A stretch of DNA of 63,887 bases, the filler included, from Klebsormidium nitens (lineage: Eukaryota > Plantae > Klebsormidiophyceae): the NCBI GenBank assembly GCA_000708835.1. It is 5 parts of 5 records of this genome, joined end to end, with 100 filler letters (N's around TTAATTAATTAA, not from the genome) between each part and the next. Parts side by side here need not be neighbours in the genome. Positions count along the whole stretch, not along the records: positions 59,085 to 61,733 come from DF237910.1; positions 61,834 to 63,887 come from DF238753.1; 3 more parts are not named here. One strand, given 5' to 3'. This document shows, one piece after another, positions 59,400-63,887 of the stretch. A program made the position numbers and the translations under genes. The first letter of the stretch is position 1, and the number at the start of each line of letters is the position of its first letter. The notes beneath the pieces are model-generated. The model worked only from the letters and a program-made list of their open reading frames with translations, did not search any database and was not told the origin of the DNA.

Positions 59400-61733
59400 C
59401 ATGCTAGTTGCTAGATGCCGCCACTTGGCCGCCCATCCTAGTTAGACCCCACCTGGGGCTCGCCAATCCCAGAGGGATCCCCGCATAGATTGCCCCATCT
59501 TAGTGCACAACCGCCGTCAGTAACGGCCGGGCATGCGCTTAGTGCCATCGCCACTTGTGCACAACGCAAGTACCGCGCTCGGTACAAACAACCAGGCACT
59601 CACACGTTTGCCGTTCTTCCGCTACGGCACTTACCTTGGTTGCGTACTGTTCGTTGGGTACTCGGGCCTGTACGCGGTACATCCGCGTCCTATTTTTACC
59701 ACGTTCGCGCGACTCCGCAGCGCATATTCCGCCGACCGAATTATTTACGAGGATCGACATCCTATTTTCTTCCAAGGCGCCATCGACTCCGCCTTATTGT
59801 TCGCACTGGCCACTAGGGGTAGTTTGTACTTCGATTAGACTTTGAGCAGACTTCTAGATCGAAGTAGACCCTTAGAGACTAGACTTTTGACTATAGGCTA
59901 GCAAATTCCGTCGTACCCTATAACCTTGCGAACAAACGCTCATTCTCCAACTTAGTGCAAGTTGGGAATTGGACTTTCGACGTTCCGCTGATAGAGTAGC
60001 CCTACGCTCTTGACACTGACCCGACTTAGCCATTATCTTCTTCACGCTTCCCTCGCTCCACTCGCCTCAGCCTGTGTCAAGTACTTTTGTACTTGCGCTA
60101 AGTTCCGCAGGCAGGTACACGGAGGAGTTGCTGAAGCTGCTTGAAGACCACTGGAGCCAGCCACAGGGAACAACACTGTACCTTAGATGCCAAAGCTACC
60201 ACCAGCCCTGTTACGAGCTCGGGGAGGAGCTCATACGTTGCAGACCGCCGAAGGGAGCAGAGACCAGCTCACAGGGACAGCCAAGGTAACCCGATTACGC
60301 TTGCTTGTCGCCTTTCGCTAGCTTGTTCTTGCTTGGTGACGCCGGCAATCCCGGGTCACATTGTGCTTGTGGTTGCGTCTTTTGGTGAATTGCTAGCTGG
60401 AATTTCAGCGGGGAGCTGAAATCACTGTAGCAATCTCACATGTCCTTTGAAAATCCTCTCAATCCAGCTTGCGTTGCTTGTGATTGCTTGGGGTAGGCAT
60501 TTCTACTACCGATAGAATTGCTTGTTTTGCGGGGTTGGAGCCATCGCAGAATGTTGTGAGCAGGGTTGCATTGCTATGCTTGCTGCTCTTGCTCTGAATT
60601 CTTGCTTGCATGCGCTGTTTGTTTGCTAACAAATCGCTGCAAGGGGTTGCATTGAAAAGGTGAGTAAATTTCTCCCGAGCTTGATGACGAATCGCTGCGG
60701 GGTGTTTTCTTTGTGCTGGAATCTGACTGAGGGTGCAATAGGGCCTGCTTGATGTGTCTCAGCTGCTGAATGCATTGGGGGCTGCTTGAGGGGTGCATTG
60801 TCAGGTTTCTTCGCTTCGCTGTTTTGAGTGCCAGGACTGTTTGGGTCTAGGTCTGGTTAGGACAGTGGTTGAACTCTTAACTTCTGCGCATCGCCTTCAG
60901 ACCAAACATGAGTCCTAGGTAGAGGGGGACCTGCTGGACACGTGGGTATGCTTTGCTTCCATTCTGCTTAGGTTTTCCGCGCTCTCGCTCTTTGTTTCTG
61001 GGGCCTGTTTTGACTATAAACTGTCGCTGAAATTCAGGTTAAGAAGATCAGTTCCAGCATAACCAGGGGTTAGCATTTCTTGACCAAGCTTGGGTGGTAG
61101 ATAGATCTTGACCTTGTCTACTTGTTTGCGGGGGTGCGCGCTGACTTTCTGTTTGCCTACGCCTCGTGGAACTCGTTCTTTAGGGGGGGTCAAATCTGCT
61201 GTGTTACAGAATTTCTTGACACTGTTTCTGGATTCTGCCATTGTCTGAGTCTGTTCTGAATCTGTTGTGCCAATCTGTTTCAAAACACTAATGGCACTCC
61301 GGGCTTGCCACCCATTCTTCTTACCTTAGATGTCAATCCGTGACGAACCTGAAGAGGTTGACTACAACGAGAGTGACGAAGACGTCAACGTCGACGAGTA
61401 CGCCGACGAGGAGGAAGCTCCACCACCTAACCCCGCACCCGTGCAGCCGGCGCCTTTAGCCGCACCTCCGGCTGCCACTCGCCGCCAGCGCCGCCGCGCC
61501 AGGCAGCAGGCCCAGCGTGGAGCTGCGCAGCACCGCGCCCACGACTTGAGGGCTGCCGTCGCAGGGAGCACCTCAACGCCCACCACCCGACGCGCGCCGC
61601 CCCCGCCTTCCCCACACCACTGGCGCAAGGACGTGTGGCCACCGACCCTGTTGAAACACAGCGTTGTTGGAAGTGATATTCAATCAATCAAGTTCACACA
61701 ATGTATATGGAGTGTTCCAAGTCACGGCCTATC
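59400..61733 (+). mobile_element. Possible 5' end of a second retroelement: long non-coding leader followed by an acidic/Pro-Ala-rich ORF truncated by a gap
   Basis: About 1.9 kb lacks a credible ORF and has a T/G-rich composition like the gypsy leader at 50.3-52.2 kb. It is followed by ORF 61330-(61733), MSIRDEPEEVDYNESDEDV...APPPNPAP. No diagnostic retroelement motif is visible. Confidence 0.3.
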
Positions 61734-61833
61734 NNNNNNNNNNNNNNNNNNNNNNNNNNNNNNNNNNNNNNNNNNNNTTAATTAATTAANNNNNNNNNNN
61801 NNNNNNNNNNNNNNNNNNNNNNNNNNNNNNNNN
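61734..61833. other. Assembly gap with TTAATTAATTAA linker
   Basis: Artificial 100-nt spacer. Confidence 0.98.
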
Positions 61834-63887
61834 AATCCCCGGACGCGTGTTCCCGGCGCACTGCTTGACGTCGTAGCCGTAGTTTGCCGCAGCCAAGAGC
61901 AGCAGGCGCATGTCTTCCTTGAGTTCGCCAAACTCCAGCGTGATGGATTCGATACGAGTCGACCCGGTTGCGTCGTAAAGGTGCGTGACTCGTTCTGTGG
62001 CTCTTTGCAAGGTTTGTTCCGGAGCGCCCCGGCAAAGTCGTCTCACGAGTGCCTGGCACTGTGCGAACGCCTCCTCGAGGCCGGGTGCCCCGATCGTTCC
62101 GAATGCGTCCGTGATGCTCGTCGCGCATTCCGATAGGGCAGACGCGGCGCTTCCTACGTCTGACGTCGAATCCAGCTGAGTGCATCCGAGACGGATGCCG
62201 GACTTGCTGATGTTCTCTCGAATGGCGTCCATCCAGACCCCGAATGCCTTCAGACGGACCGCAAAGTCTTGGAGGTAGTCCGGAGGGTCCGCGATGATGG
62301 CGTTGCACGCGTTCCTATTCGGCGCGCCGGACGTGTCGAATATGATGTTCAATGTGGACACGTCGGGGATCGGATCCATGACGACGTCCTTGGTTTCGCA
62401 GATTCCTCTGATCGAAGTCTCGAGGCGCCGTATCGCAGGCGCCGTTTCTGGCGCAAACTCGTTCAAGAGATCCCATTCTGCTCTGACGGGTGCGTCGGGG
62501 GCGAAGAGCAAGCACAGCGAATCGGCCTCACCCAAGGACCTGACGTACAGCTGTAGCGCGACCCTCGTCTTCTGAGAGTCGACCAGTTTTCGAAGTCCGG
62601 CGAGGTGCTCCGGATCCCGGGCGATGAGCTCCTCCGCCAATCCTCGAAGTGCCATCATGATCTCGGATTCTTCGTCCAACGTCATGCTTTCGACGTTCCC
62701 TGACTCGCGCAATGCCTTTGACGCGTCCTGCAAGAACTCGATGGAAGTCGAATCGACAATGGACCTGACGAAAGTCCGCGAATTCATGTACAGTCCGCTG
62801 AACCTGGCGAACTCGCCGGCCTGCTCCCGCCCGAATACTCGGGAAACGTCGTCGGTTCTCAGGAATCGGGAGTCGCGTGTGGTGATGTATTGGAAGCTAT
62901 CTTCGTAGAGTAAGAGAGCATCGTCGCAGGCTTCTTTCACCGCCGTCAGAAACTCGGCGAAAGACTCCGCTTCCGGCCATCGCGGCGGGGGCGTGACGAG
63001 AGGAAACTTCGTTCGTGGGTTGCTGTGCTGGAGTAAGAATTCACCTTCTGCCGAGATCCGATATAAGGCCCCTCGATCGGCTTCGCCGGCGTCGGGTGGT
63101 CGTTTCTCGAGTTCGGTCAGGGCGAAGAGGGGCGTCATGCGATGCGAGAGGAGCGTCATGATCTCTCTTGCGAAGGACCCACTCGTCATACTCTCGATGT
63201 GATGATTAACTCCATCCAAGTCGACGTGCATTTCCCCCAGAGCACGGACGGCCTTTGTAGCACAGAAGAGGTCATTGAGGAGTGCATAGAACTTGAATGC
63301 CTTTTCGAGAGTTTGAATGTCCGCACGTCCGTTCGCCGCGCTCGTTCTCTCTTTTTCCAGTCTGGACAATTGGGATCGGATCAGGTCGAACAGGGAGTCG
63401 ACGTCCTTCCCGGTCATCGGATTCTGTGCCGCAGACGTCTGTTCGGCAAAGATCTCTACGTAATCGCCCAAGAGGTCGGCGCGAGGAGTCGTGCGTATTT
63501 CCTTGGCGGTCTCGAGGACTTGCGCGAGTTTCCGACACCGCTTGAAATAGAGTGGGTCATTGCGTGCGAGGTCCACCGCCAGGTTCCGGAACGTGGTGTC
63601 GTCGTCAGCGGTCCAATTGATCTTAGGCGGTCTCATCATATTTTCGGTTTCTTTCAGAGCCTCCGCTGCGAGTTCCAGGAACCTGGCTGGTTGGTCTACG
63701 ACGGCTTTCGCAAAGTCCCTGGGCAGAGAGGATCGATAAACCACCCCTTCGAACGTCCGCGCCGCCCCCTCTCCAAACGTCGCTGTCACTCTCCCCCTGT
63801 CCGCTCTTCCAGAGTCGCGTAGAACGTCTAATATGCTGTTCGCATACAAGTCGGGTGCTTCTCCAGAAGCATCCGTGACTCTCCCAA
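61834..63887 (-). CDS. Fragment of a large intronless helical protein with long degenerate internal repeats; open at both ends; unknown function
   Basis: The frame is stop-free from the window end (GRVTDASGEAPDLYANS...) to the gap, about 684 codons, with no introns. Two aligned units are offset by about 313 aa. Confidence 0.8.

Overview
Eukaryotic nuclear DNA with intron-rich genes (GT-AG introns, GC-rich exons). Gene content and style suggest a streptophyte alga such as Klebsormidium, which is inference and not proven. It is a draft scaffold with four 100-nt gaps containing a TTAATTAATTAA linker and one 986-N gap, so adjacency across gaps is not guaranteed. The left half has a frameshifted intronless alpha/beta-hydrolase, decayed gene relics, and a divergent MATE transporter / BAHD acyltransferase pair, both fully reconstructable. 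It also has a divergent pair of genes with transit-peptide-like leaders: a DUF900-like alpha/beta-hydrolase and a Crinkler-like restriction-endonuclease-fold + kinase protein. The right half is mobile or virus-like DNA. It includes a spliceosomal-intron-containing Prim-Pol / Zn-finger / D5-type SF3 primase-helicase with a 70-bp satellite, and a Zn-finger/J-domain-like gene bracketed by a 112-bp inverted repeat. It also includes a decayed Ty3/gypsy element, an intronless EID1-like F-box gene among repeats, and a >2-kb intronless ORF built from long degenerate repeats. No rRNA, tRNA or CRISPR array was recognised. The best candidates for an undescribed system are the intronised primase-helicase module (about 39-47.4 kb) and the possibly organelle-targeted REase-kinase.
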